A stretch of DNA of 64,000 bases from an uncultured bacterium (GTDB lineage: Bacteria > Planctomycetota > Phycisphaerae > Phycisphaerales > UBA1924): positions 3,078-67,077 of the forward strand of contig CBFGVX010000004.1 of NCBI GenBank assembly GCA_965652425.1. Reading direction: 5' to 3'. This document shows positions 29,019 through 41,212 of the stretch, one piece after another. The number at the start of each line of letters is the position of its first letter. The stretch's first letter is position 1. A program made the translations under genes and the position numbers. The notes under the pieces are model-generated. The model was not told the origin of the DNA. It ran no database searches and worked only from the letters and a program-made list of their open reading frames with translations.

Positions 29019-29624
29019 TTACTCGCTCCTGCGGCGGCGGTTCATGAGTCCGACCGAACCCAGGACCAGCAGCGATGCAGAGCCGGGGGATGGGATCGCG
29101 AAACCGGTCATTGGCTGGGCATAGTCATTCTGATCGAAGTTGATCGTAACGGTGCCGAAGCCGCCAGACAGCCGGGGGGGATCGTACGCGGAAACGACCG
29201 AGCCCACTTCATCGAAGTCGTTCCATGGGTGCTCGCTTTCCAGCATGACAAAGTTATCGCGAGCATGCGGCAGCGGGAACTGAACCAGCGCATCGGCGAT
29301 ATCGGATTGAGAGACCAGACGCTTGAAGTCGTGGGCAGGGGTCTTCAGGACCGGAGCAACCGGCGTGAGAATCCGATCGAAGTCGGGGAAGCCGGTGCTG
29401 GCCCGTGGCAGATCGGGCACATCGGTATGAAGCCGGACCGGTTCCTGATCGCCGGATCTGAGCCGGATGGGCTTTCCGGATTGCCTCGCAAACTCACTGA
29501 TGTCGATCGTAATTTCCCGATCCGGTATGGGCTCGTGCTGTGAGACAAGCAGCGGCGAAGCGACCGCGCTGAGGCCAAAGACCAGTGAGGAGGCGCCCCC
29601 GAATAAACAGCTGGAGTATTTCAT
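29019..29624 (-). CDS. PEP-CTERM-type sorting-domain protein (variant PSP motif)
   Basis: I chose the internal ATG at 29624 (MKYSSCLFGG...signal peptide). The C-terminus FAIPSPGSASLLVLGSVGLMNRRRRSE has the motif, TM helix and Arg cluster architecture of PEP-CTERM. Confidence 0.7.
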   Translation of the reverse strand: MKYSSCLFGGASSLVFGLSAVASPLLVSQHEPIPDREITIDISEFARQSGKPIRLRSGDQEPVRLHTDVPDLPRASTGFPDFDRILTPVAPVLKTPAHDFKRLVSQSDIADALVQFPLPHARDNFVMLESEHPWNDFDEVGSVVSAYDPPRLSGGFGTVTINFDQNDYAQPMTGFAIPSPGSASLLVLGSVGLMNRRRRSE

Positions 29625-30934
29625 GAGCGAACTCCCGAGTCTCCGGTGCAGCGAGCGTTTTCCAGGATTGTCCATCCGGTGCGCTGGAACGCGGGGAATC
29701 TTGACATGGTTGCAACGATAAGCGTCTGATCCGCCGGATCGATGTTCATATCGAGCGAAAGACCGGTGCGTTCAGACAATGTGTTGTGAAGCGAGAGCTG
29801 CATGGAATACACACGCTCGCGCATGGCCCAATTGTCCAGACTCTCTGCGACATCCAACGCGGAGCCGAGAAGGGATTTCATCGCCGCCTGCAGTTCTGGG
29901 CCATCGAGCGATCGCAGCGCTATGTTGGTCCCGAAAATGCAGGTCCATCCCCAGCTCTCGAGCCAATCTCCCTTGGGCCATGGATCGGTCGAAAGCGCCG
30001 CTTCGACACGATGAATCAGTTCTGAGACAACCGCAGCGCCATCCAGGTCGCCTCGATAGGCGAGACATTCCTGTAAACCCGCCTCGCAGGTGTTGGCAAT
30101 GCCAGCGATCTGCCTGTCACCCAATCGCTCGGCAAGCATCAGATACATGTCGCGTGAGCGTGTGAGGTCATCGATGGCCAGATCGCAGTGCCGCGATGCC
30201 TCTTCTGGCTCCGCGGCCATGAGGCGTCTGCGGATGTTGCCACGCAGATAATGCACGAATGCGACTCGCTTGTGATCAACATCGCGTTCGGGCGGGTTTG
30301 ATTCGTAGTGGTTGGCGAGTAGCTCGGCCGTACCCAGGGCCGGCTCAAGATCCCACAGACTGTACCAGGCGTTAGCGAGCGTCGACCTGAGAATGTTTCG
30401 GGTGTAGGAACTGACTCCGGTGCTGGCCAGTCCCCTGCGACAAGCGTCCACCTCCTGAGTGTATCGGCCAAGACCGTCCCAGCCCGATGCCTCCATCGCA
30501 CACGCGAAGGCACGCCGCTCCTGGCTGTCGGCCACGGCGTACATCCGCATCGCACGATCGATCATGTCGCGATACCGGCCGTCGTCGTGCGCTTCGCGTG
30601 CTTCGGCGTACAGGAACTCGAAATCCTTCTGGGGTTTCGATTCGCCCCCGTTCTTCCGGGATTTGAACTCGACCATCGCGATCGGGGGCTGAGACATGCC
30701 GTTCAGCGCCGACCCATTCCAGATGGTTTCGAGGACTGAACCGACGGGCCAATCCAGCGCCCTGGCCAGAGCGACGACGAAGTCGCTCTTCGGGTTGCCG
30801 CTCTCGGGGTAAACCTTGGTGGGATCCCGACGCAGTTGACGAGCGAGTTCGGCCCTGCTCCACCCACGGGTAGTTCTGGCGAGGTCGATCAGGCGATGAA
30901 GGCGCTCGGTCCGAGCTTTATCCTGGGTCGTCAT
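29621..30934 (-). CDS. XRE-type HTH regulator with large helical-repeat (TPR-like) C-terminal domain
   Basis: I chose the internal ATG at 30934 (MTTQDKARTERLHRLIDLARTTRGWSRAELARQL). The stop overlaps the start of the PEP-CTERM gene (ATGA). Confidence 0.55.
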   Translation of the reverse strand: MTTQDKARTERLHRLIDLARTTRGWSRAELARQLRRDPTKVYPESGNPKSDFVVALARALDWPVGSVLETIWNGSALNGMSQPPIAMVEFKSRKNGGESKPQKDFEFLYAEAREAHDDGRYRDMIDRAMRMYAVADSQERRAFACAMEASGWDGLGRYTQEVDACRRGLASTGVSSYTRNILRSTLANAWYSLWDLEPALGTAELLANHYESNPPERDVDHKRVAFVHYLRGNIRRRLMAAEPEEASRHCDLAIDDLTRSRDMYLMLAERLGDRQIAGIANTCEAGLQECLAYRGDLDGAAVVSELIHRVEAALSTDPWPKGDWLESWGWTCIFGTNIALRSLDGPELQAAMKSLLGSALDVAESLDNWAMRERVYSMQLSLHNTLSERTGLSLDMNIDPADQTLIVATMSRFPAFQRTGWTILENARCTGDSGVRS

Positions 30935-31074
30935 GAATCCTCCAAGGCAACAGCGCCTGCTTCCGGTCTTGGCACCACCGTATACGCACCGCAGCGTCGT
31001 GCCGTTCCACAATCATGAGACACAAACCGGTCGCAGACAAGGATTTTTTCAGACCGAGACCTAACCAATCCCTA

Positions 31075-33702
<2,628 letters not shown>

Positions 33703-34082
33703 GGGCTACCCCCCTTTCAGCGGCGGTTACCACGAACTCTGCAACACCTATACCGAAACCAGTTTCGCCAATCATGCTGTATCTGGCTGTTTCTTTGTCC
33801 CGTCAATATAGTTTGGAACTGCCATTGCCCGACCAGACTGCCGCTCTGGCAGCCGGTGTTCACTACTTAGGGCCAATATTGCCCACTCTGAACTGGGCAA
33901 AATCTGTTCCAAGGCAGATCTTCCAGTGGCTGCGAAGAGGGCAGCCCAAAGGATCCCCGAACCGAGTTCTTCAGAAAGAACTGAGTCCTCCCGTCGAATC
34001 CAACACCTGATGCAGAGGGTCTATACTCACCACTTCTGCAATTGCCGGGTGGCTGCGGAGCGGGTTCCACCGCATTGAGGGC

Positions 34083-35456
34083 GTGAGCGTGAAGAAAGCG
34101 GATCAGTCGACGCAGCGAAAAGGGTCGGCGGCGGTTCGTTTGGGGCTGCGGTTGCTTGCGGGCTTGGCCGTGTTTCTGTTGTGTTTGACGGCATTTCAGG
34201 TGCTCAGGAGCAACAGGCCGCAACCCGCGCAAGTTCAGGACAGGGTTCAGACTCGTTTGGTGGAAGCCATCCCAGCGAGCATCCAGGAGGTTCAGCGAAG
34301 CTTCGTCGGGTACGGCAGCACATCTGCCGTTCGATCGACGACGGTCGCCTCTCAGATCACGGCTCAGGTCGTCGATCGCCCGGACGCGATCCGGGTCGGG
34401 GCCTGGGTCCGTGAGGGTGACCTGCTCGTCCGGCTGGAGAGCGATGTGTTCCGGGAACGCGAGCGTTCCTCAGCTTCGACCGTTGCCGCGCTGGAATCGG
34501 ATCTGGACGCATTGGATGTCGAATTGGAATCGTCGCAGGAGCGCCTGCGGCTTGCCGATCTCAACATTGAGCTCATCGACAACGAGATTGCCGATCTCGT
34601 GTCCGCGGTGGAACGCGGGGGCGCCCGCCAGATCGAGGTTGACCGCCTGAGACGGCAGAAAACCACCCTCGAACTCGAACGAGAATCACTTCGCCAAATC
34701 ATCGATGGCATTCCTTCCCGCCGATCGGCTCTGGAGTCACGGATCGCAGCACAACGAGCGGAACTCGCTCTGGCTCAGATCGATCTGGCTCGTGCAGGCA
34801 TCGTTTCACCGATCAGTGGGTTCATCTCGGAAATCTACGCCGATGCAGGAGATTCGCTGTCCTCCGGCCAGTCCGTGGCAAGGATCGTCGATCTACGGCT
34901 GATCGAAGTCCCCCTGCGGATCAACGCCTCGGCGACGGCGATGCTCAGGGTCGGGGATCGAGCGACGGTCGAGCCGTCATCAGGCTCGGCTTCGTACGAA
35001 GGCGTCGTGAAGCGAATCGCCCCGGAGATTGACCCTGCTTCCAGAACCGTGACGGTCTTTGTCGAGATCGAGCAGGATGTCGATACATCGAGCACGGTGA
35101 ATCCGAGCGAACTGCTCCTCCCCGGACAGTTTGTTTCCGGGAGAGTCATCTCTTCTCAAGCGATCCGGGCTTTTCTACTGCCGAGGGTCGCGGTGCGTGC
35201 GGATCGGGTCATGGTGATCGATCCGGATACGAGCACCGCCCAGCCGCGAACCGCTCTTGTCGAGTTTTACACCGAAGGGGATCAGGAAAGCGGTCGGCGC
35301 ACGCAGTGGGCAGCGGTGAGCGCAGAAGCTGCTCGAATTCCCGATTGGATGCCCCCGCTGCTGCGAGAAGGCGATCTGGTCATAATCAGCAATCTTGACG
35401 GCCTTCCGTCCGGAACACCGGTCCGCACCCTCAACGAGAGCGGACAGACCCCATGA
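34083..35456 (+). CDS. Efflux RND transporter periplasmic adaptor subunit
   Basis: GTG start, N-terminal TM anchor, coiled-coil hairpin and lipoyl-like motif (IVSPISGFISEI). It overlaps the RND pump gene by 4 nt. Confidence 0.85.
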   Translation: MSVKKADQSTQRKGSAAVRLGLRLLAGLAVFLLCLTAFQVLRSNRPQPAQVQDRVQTRLVEAIPASIQEVQRSFVGYGSTSAVRSTTVASQITAQVVDRPDAIRVGAWVREGDLLVRLESDVFRERERSSASTVAALESDLDALDVELESSQERLRLADLNIELIDNEIADLVSAVERGGARQIEVDRLRRQKTTLELERESLRQIIDGIPSRRSALESRIAAQRAELALAQIDLARAGIVSPISGFISEIYADAGDSLSSGQSVARIVDLRLIEVPLRINASATAMLRVGDRATVEPSSGSASYEGVVKRIAPEIDPASRTVTVFVEIEQDVDTSSTVNPSELLLPGQFVSGRVISSQAIRAFLLPRVAVRADRVMVIDPDTSTAQPRTALVEFYTEGDQESGRRTQWAAVSAEAARIPDWMPPLLREGDLVIISNLDGLPSGTPVRTLNESGQTP

Positions 35457-38400
35457 GTCTCGCTGCTTTCGGTGTCCGCAAACCAGTAGTCGCCAACCTT
35501 GTGATGTTCGCGATCATCGGTGCGGGGGTGGTGTTCGGGCTGAGTCTCCGGCGCGAATTTTTCCCTGAATCCGAAGCCCGCCAGATCGTCATCAACGCGC
35601 CGTACCCCGGTGCCTCACCGGATGAGGTCGAGCGCACACTGGCGATCAAAATCGAGGATGCGGTCGCGGACCTCGATGACATTAAAGAGTTGACCTCCTC
35701 GGTCTCGGAAGGCATCGCGAGCATCACGATCGAATTCCGTGATGGTGTCGACATCAACGAAATGCTCTTCGAGGTCAAACGCGAGATGGACGCGCTGCAG
35801 GACCTGCCAGAAGAATCCGAGCGGATCGTCGTTGACAAGTTTGAACCGAATCTTCCGGTCTGCGTGCTCTCGATCTACGGCAACGCCGACGAGCGCACGA
35901 TGAAGGAGGCCATCCAGCAGATCCGCGATGACCTCGAAACCCTTCCGGGAATGGGCGACATCACCATCAGCGGCGTACGAACCGACGAAGTCACCGTCGA
36001 AGTTCCAGAACGCGAACTCCTCAAGCACGGTCTGAGTCTTCCTGCGATCAGCGACGCGATCTCGCAGGCCATGCGTGAACTACCCGCGGGATCCGTCCGA
36101 TCGGAATCCCTGAATACGGCTATCCGCACGATGGGGGTCGAGGACCGGGTCGATTCCATCCGCAGCATCATCATCAAAGCCGGAAACGGCCAGTCCTTGC
36201 GGCTCGGCGACATCGCCCAGGTCCGCGCGGGATTCGCCGATGTCGATTTGCGAACTCGCCTGAACGGCGAACCGAGCGTTTCACTGACCGTGTTCAAGGT
36301 CGGTTCTCAGGACGCGGTTGAGATGGCGGACATGGTCAAGGCCTACAAGCTCGGGCGGGAAGTCGCCGCCGGCCGAGCGGAACCGATCACACTGACGCCG
36401 CTCGAATTCATCCGAGCCAAGTTCCGTCCTCAAGAAGATACAACGCCTCCGTCAGATCGGATCGCTGCCTACGAACTCGGACTTTCCCGCACCACCCCGC
36501 CACCTGGCGAACTCGCCATCACCACGGATCTTGCGCGATTCATCGTAGGCAGACTCGACCTGCTCACTCGGAACGCGCTGGCCGGGGGCGTGCTGGTCCT
36601 GCTCGTACTGGTTCTCTTCCTGAACCTGCGTGTCGCATTCTGGACCGCGGTCGGACTGGGCGTTTCGCTGCTCGGAACCCTCGCCGCAATGAGTCTGCTG
36701 GGTTACACGCTGAATCTGCTGACCATGTTCGGGCTGATCATCGTGGTCGGTCTGCTCGTGGACGACGCGATCGTGGTGGCGGAGAACATCACCCGGAGGT
36801 ACGAAGAAGGTGACGACCCGGACACAGCCGCGGTCGACGGAACCAACCAGGTGAACTGGCCTGTCGTCGCGACGATCGTCACAACGATCTGCGCGTTCCT
36901 GCCGCTCGCGCTGATCGAGGGGCAGATCGGCGATCTGCTCGGCTCCCTTCCCGTGGTTGTGGCGTGTGCGCTCATTGTGTCGCTCGCGGAGGCGCTGTTC
37001 ATTCTCCCCGTTCACATGGCGCACAGTCTTCACAAGCACAGGCGCGCCAGCGGCGCTCAGGACAACGGCGTCATCGCACGCGCCGAAGCCGTCGCAGACC
37101 GATACCGCACCCGGTTTTTCAGCGGCCTGCTGATCCCGCTCTACACTTCCACCGTCCGCATCCTGCTCCGTGCGCGATACCTGACGGTGACCTGCGCACT
37201 TTCTTCTTTGATCCTCTGCTTCGGTTTGGTGGCTGGCGGCATCGTGGAATCCACCTTCCTCGAATCATCCGATGCGGAAACCGTGAACATCGAGCTCCAG
37301 ATGCCGATCGGCACGCCAGCATCCCGCACGGATGAGTATGTCAAGCGAATAGAACGAGCTGCGGTGGCTCAGGACGAAGTATCCGCCGTGTTCGCGCAGG
37401 TCGGTGCGGTCAATTCCATCGATGGCGGCAGCGAAAGTTCGCAGCAGTCTCATATCGCTCAGGCGATCCTCGAACTCAAGCCCGTCGAGCAGCGCGACCG
37501 ATCCAGCGAGCAGGTGATCAACGCGATCCGCGAACAGATCGGAGAGCTTCCGGGCATCAAATCCCTGAGAATCGAAGAGCTCTCCGGCGGCCCCGGTGGA
37601 CCGCCCATCACGCTCACAGTCACCGGTGAGAACCCCGCCCGCATGATGCCGGTCGTCGATGCGATCAAGTCCGCTCTCGCCGATTACGACGGCGTAAGGG
37701 ATATCGCCGACAACTCGGACTCCGGCCGTCGCGAGCTTCAGATCACCCTGAAAGACACCGGGCGCGAACTCGGATTCACGCAGACCTCTCTCGGTCAGCA
37801 GATTCGCGGGGCGGTCTTCGGTCTGGAGGCGTACACCTTCGCCGGTGTTCGCGAAGATGTTGATGTCCGCGTCATGCTTCCCGAGGACTCGCGTCGTTCG
37901 CTCGCCGCGATCGAACAGATGCGTGTATTCAGTCCGGTGGGCATCGCGGTGCCGCTTCAGGAGATCGCGGAGTTGCGCGACACCGATGGGTACGCGACGA
38001 TCCGTCGCCTGAACCGCGCCCGTGCGATCAGCGTCACGGCGGAAGTGAACCGTGCCCTCGTCAATCCAGAGCAACTCATCGCCGACCTCAGGCCACGACT
38101 GCGAGAACTCGAGAACGCGAACCCCGGAATACGAATTCTTGAGCGTGGACGCCAGCAGGACAACGCCGAGTCGCTCGCCTCGCTCCCGATCGGAATGCTG
38201 GTCGCCATCGGCCTGATCTACTTCACCCTGGCGTGGTTGTTCGGGAGTTATGTGCAGCCGTTCATCGTCCTCAGCGCGGTCCCGTTCGCCGCGATCGGCA
38301 TGATCCTCGGACACCTTGTGCTCGGTTTCACGATGACGATTCTCTCGTTCATCGGTTTTATTGCGCTCAGCGGTATCGTGGTCAACGACTCACTGATCTA

Positions 38401-38767
38401 CATGTCGTTCTACAACCGTCTCCGCGATTCCGGCATGCACATCGAGGACGCCTGCGTGGAAACCGGACGCGCGAGACTGCGGGCGATCCTGCTGACGACG
38501 GTCACCACCGTACTTGGCCTTCTCCCGCTGCTGCTTGAGCAATCCTTCCAGGCGCGCTTCCTCATCCCGATGGCCATCACGATCGCAGGAGGCCTCGTCT
38601 CCGCGACGCTCATCATCCTCGTCGCACTCCCGTGCCTGCTGATGATCTTCGACGACATCCGCCGCTTTGTACGATGGGCGTGGTCGGGCGGACGCGAACC
38701 CTTGGCCCGAGCCGAACCGACCGGCGAAGGCATGGGCGTTCTGACTGCACGCTTCGATGATGCCTGA
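35453..38767 (+). CDS. Efflux RND transporter permease (AcrB/CzcA superfamily)
   Basis: 1104 aa with a 12-TM two-fold repeat architecture and motifs such as GLIIVVGLLVDDAIVVAENI and ALSGIVVNDSLIYM. Confidence 0.93.
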   Translation: MSLAAFGVRKPVVANLVMFAIIGAGVVFGLSLRREFFPESEARQIVINAPYPGASPDEVERTLAIKIEDAVADLDDIKELTSSVSEGIASITIEFRDGVDINEMLFEVKREMDALQDLPEESERIVVDKFEPNLPVCVLSIYGNADERTMKEAIQQIRDDLETLPGMGDITISGVRTDEVTVEVPERELLKHGLSLPAISDAISQAMRELPAGSVRSESLNTAIRTMGVEDRVDSIRSIIIKAGNGQSLRLGDIAQVRAGFADVDLRTRLNGEPSVSLTVFKVGSQDAVEMADMVKAYKLGREVAAGRAEPITLTPLEFIRAKFRPQEDTTPPSDRIAAYELGLSRTTPPPGELAITTDLARFIVGRLDLLTRNALAGGVLVLLVLVLFLNLRVAFWTAVGLGVSLLGTLAAMSLLGYTLNLLTMFGLIIVVGLLVDDAIVVAENITRRYEEGDDPDTAAVDGTNQVNWPVVATIVTTICAFLPLALIEGQIGDLLGSLPVVVACALIVSLAEALFILPVHMAHSLHKHRRASGAQDNGVIARAEAVADRYRTRFFSGLLIPLYTSTVRILLRARYLTVTCALSSLILCFGLVAGGIVESTFLESSDAETVNIELQMPIGTPASRTDEYVKRIERAAVAQDEVSAVFAQVGAVNSIDGGSESSQQSHIAQAILELKPVEQRDRSSEQVINAIREQIGELPGIKSLRIEELSGGPGGPPITLTVTGENPARMMPVVDAIKSALADYDGVRDIADNSDSGRRELQITLKDTGRELGFTQTSLGQQIRGAVFGLEAYTFAGVREDVDVRVMLPEDSRRSLAAIEQMRVFSPVGIAVPLQEIAELRDTDGYATIRRLNRARAISVTAEVNRALVNPEQLIADLRPRLRELENANPGIRILERGRQQDNAESLASLPIGMLVAIGLIYFTLAWLFGSYVQPFIVLSAVPFAAIGMILGHLVLGFTMTILSFIGFIALSGIVVNDSLIYMSFYNRLRDSGMHIEDACVETGRARLRAILLTTVTTVLGLLPLLLEQSFQARFLIPMAITIAGGLVSATLIILVALPCLLMIFDDIRRFVRWAWSGGREPLARAEPTGEGMGVLTARFDDA

Positions 38768-38781
38768 AATGAGAGACTGAC

Positions 38782-40641
38782 ATGATGCCATCCCTTCGAC
38801 GCACGGTTTTCCTGGCACTTTGCGTGGCGTTGTTCGCTCCATACCACCAAGTCATCGCGGCAGAAACAACAGACCCCGCCTCGCCACGGCCGTTCGGTAT
38901 CTTCGTGAAGACCGTTCCTCACCAACCGGTCGATCCGAATTCGGACGACGACCTGCCCGGATTCAGCATCGTTCTCCCGATGGGCGAAGTCCGATCTCTG
39001 CCTTCCCGCGGATCCGTAGAACTCGTCTCCGGCTCATCAACCACACAACTCAGCGACCAGTTGAACGCACTCGGTATCGATCTGCATCGTCCGACCGGTC
39101 TGGCTTGGGACGGCACTTCCATCTGGATCATCGACACCGGCCATCGCCGCATTGTGCGAGCGGTCATGAGTAACGATCAGGCCCGCGTTCTTCGGGCCGA
39201 GGAAATCAATCACGATCAGATGCGCCGCCCGATCGGGGCTACCTGGAACAACGAGACCTCCGAGCTTTTCGTCTCCGATGCATGGTCCGACCGGATCTTC
39301 GTGTTCGACTCGGAGGGCAGAATGACACGCACCATCTCCGAGCACGGTTCCCAGCGAGGATTCCTGTCCGGTCCGATGGGGCTCGCATGCAGCGACGGCA
39401 TCCTATATGTCGCGGACTCACGCAACAGCAGGGTCCAGGCATTCCGCATCGCCGACGGATCGTTTCACTCAGAATTCGGTCTGCATGTCATCCGGCCGCA
39501 CGAAGCCGAGGGACGCCTTCACTACCCCTCCCATGTTCGCTTTGGAGACGGAAACAGCGAACTGATCATTGATGAACCGTGGGAGCGACGAAGCCAGATC
39601 TTTCGAAGGGCCGCGGACTCCGAATCCGTTCCCGAGCGACTCCCGCTCGGCGCGGACGACTTCGTTCATTACGGGCCGGGCATCGATGCCTACGACCGGC
39701 TGCTGGCCATCACCGATCCGGACACCCATACCGTCCGTGTGTTCGATTTATCGCTCGAAACACCCGTCCTCATCGGCGTAGTGGGCGGATACGGCTCGGC
39801 ACCGCACCAGTTCATCCACCCCGCATCGGTGGCCTTCCTGCCGCCGACCGATGACCTTCCGCTGCGTCTCGTGGTGGCCGATCGGGGCAACGCCCGCCTC
39901 GCGCTGTTCAGTCTCGACTGGTCCCCGGAGGAAACACTCCGTTTCCGTCCCAGACTCGCCTCGCTCGTCCGCACCGTTGACCTGAGCGTGTTGCACGCGA
40001 GATACAAAGATCAGTCTCTCGATGCCCCGATCGACCCGGTTTCGGTTGTCGCCACAGATTTGGGTTCCATTGCGGTGCTGGATGAGGCCAACAGCGCGGT
40101 GGTCGATTTCGATACCCGGCTTCGGATGCGAAGCATCGCTCCGTTGCCACCAGTAATCCCAGATACGCCTTCCCTATGGCAACGGCTGCGTGCGCATGCA
40201 GAAGTGGGCCTGTTTGCTGTGGATTCCGCGTCTGCACGCGTCGTGCGGCTCCGACTCGATCCAAACGGCGATGCGCACGATCTCACCACCATCGAGCTCT
40301 CAGACTGGTGCGAAGATCCGTCCGATATCGTCTGGAACGATGGCACGATTCTTGTCGTCGATCGCAGAGCCCACCGGCTGGTTCAGTTCGATCCCGACTT
40401 CCGACCGATCGCATACATCGGTCAGGAAGGTCTCCATGGAGGTGAGTTCTTCAGCCCGACTTCCGTACTCCAACTGGAGGGCGAACAGATCGCCGTAGTG
40501 GACCGAGGGAACCATCGGCTCCAAATATTCACCGATGATTGGAAACTCAAAACCATCGCTGGTCCCCGCCTGTACCTTCTCGATGCGGTTATCGGCGCAG
40601 AGCCGATCCGATCCGACATTCCCCGGCCAGATTCGGACTGA
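38782..40641 (+). CDS. Secreted NHL-repeat beta-propeller protein
   Basis: Signal peptide and repeated NHL-like units (GPMGLACSDGILYVADSRNSRVQAF, PASVAFL...LVVADRGNARLALF, PTSVLQLEGEQIAVVDRGNHRLQIF). Confidence 0.75.
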   Translation: MMPSLRRTVFLALCVALFAPYHQVIAAETTDPASPRPFGIFVKTVPHQPVDPNSDDDLPGFSIVLPMGEVRSLPSRGSVELVSGSSTTQLSDQLNALGIDLHRPTGLAWDGTSIWIIDTGHRRIVRAVMSNDQARVLRAEEINHDQMRRPIGATWNNETSELFVSDAWSDRIFVFDSEGRMTRTISEHGSQRGFLSGPMGLACSDGILYVADSRNSRVQAFRIADGSFHSEFGLHVIRPHEAEGRLHYPSHVRFGDGNSELIIDEPWERRSQIFRRAADSESVPERLPLGADDFVHYGPGIDAYDRLLAITDPDTHTVRVFDLSLETPVLIGVVGGYGSAPHQFIHPASVAFLPPTDDLPLRLVVADRGNARLALFSLDWSPEETLRFRPRLASLVRTVDLSVLHARYKDQSLDAPIDPVSVVATDLGSIAVLDEANSAVVDFDTRLRMRSIAPLPPVIPDTPSLWQRLRAHAEVGLFAVDSASARVVRLRLDPNGDAHDLTTIELSDWCEDPSDIVWNDGTILVVDRRAHRLVQFDPDFRPIAYIGQEGLHGGEFFSPTSVLQLEGEQIAVVDRGNHRLQIFTDDWKLKTIAGPRLYLLDAVIGAEPIRSDIPRPDSD

Positions 40642-40678
40642 TCTGAGCCGGAGCATGTTCCGGTGCTAATATTGCTGC

Positions 40679-41212
40679 GTGAGCCAGTTGATTCGCCACA
40701 GCGCAACCCGACTCGCCGCTGCCTGCATTGGAGGATGCCTGGCGGCTGTTGTTTGGTCATGCGAAACCGAAGATGCGGCATCGCTCGACTCAAGCCAAAC
40801 CGAGTCGAGTTTCATCGCTGCTCTTGATCTCGAAGATGAGTATTGCGGCGACCCCGATGCCCTACCCCCACCGATGGTCTTGGAAGCGAGTACCGCGTCC
40901 GGGGATTACCGCGTGCGATTGATTGATATCCCAAATCCCGTACCATCGCACCGGATTTTTCCACTTCGAATCGAAGTCCAATCCAACGGGACTGTTCTTC
41001 CTGACGATCTTCTTCTCAGAGCCGACGCCGCGATGCCACATCACGGCCACGGCATGACTGTTGAACCGGTTGTCCGTCGGCTTGATTCCACCCCCGCCGT
41101 ATTCGATGTCTCGGGCATGATGTTCCACATGCCCGGCGAGTGGGAGGTCTATATCGATATCGTTGACGGTCCGTACACGGAACGGGTTACCTTCAATGTG
41201 TTCGCGCGCTAG
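40679..41212 (+). CDS. YtkA/FixH-like small lipoprotein with His/Met-rich motif
   Basis: GTG start and probable lipoprotein signal. FPLRIEVQSNGTVLPDDLLLRADAAMPHHGHGMTVEP....GMMFHMPGEWEVYIDIV resembles the YtkA-like Ig-fold domain. Confidence 0.5.
   Translation: MSQLIRHSATRLAAACIGGCLAAVVWSCETEDAASLDSSQTESSFIAALDLEDEYCGDPDALPPPMVLEASTASGDYRVRLIDIPNPVPSHRIFPLRIEVQSNGTVLPDDLLLRADAAMPHHGHGMTVEPVVRRLDSTPAVFDVSGMMFHMPGEWEVYIDIVDGPYTERVTFNVFAR

Noticed and set aside
33965-33982. Inverted repeat AGTTCTT-CAGA-AAGAACT in the clpB / RND divergent region
   Set aside because: It is a 7-bp perfect palindrome, but there is no adjacent regulator gene and no second copy. It could be an operator, but the evidence is too thin to report as a feature.
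37265-38314. 349-aa minus-strand ORF
   Set aside because: It is antisense to the RND permease gene.
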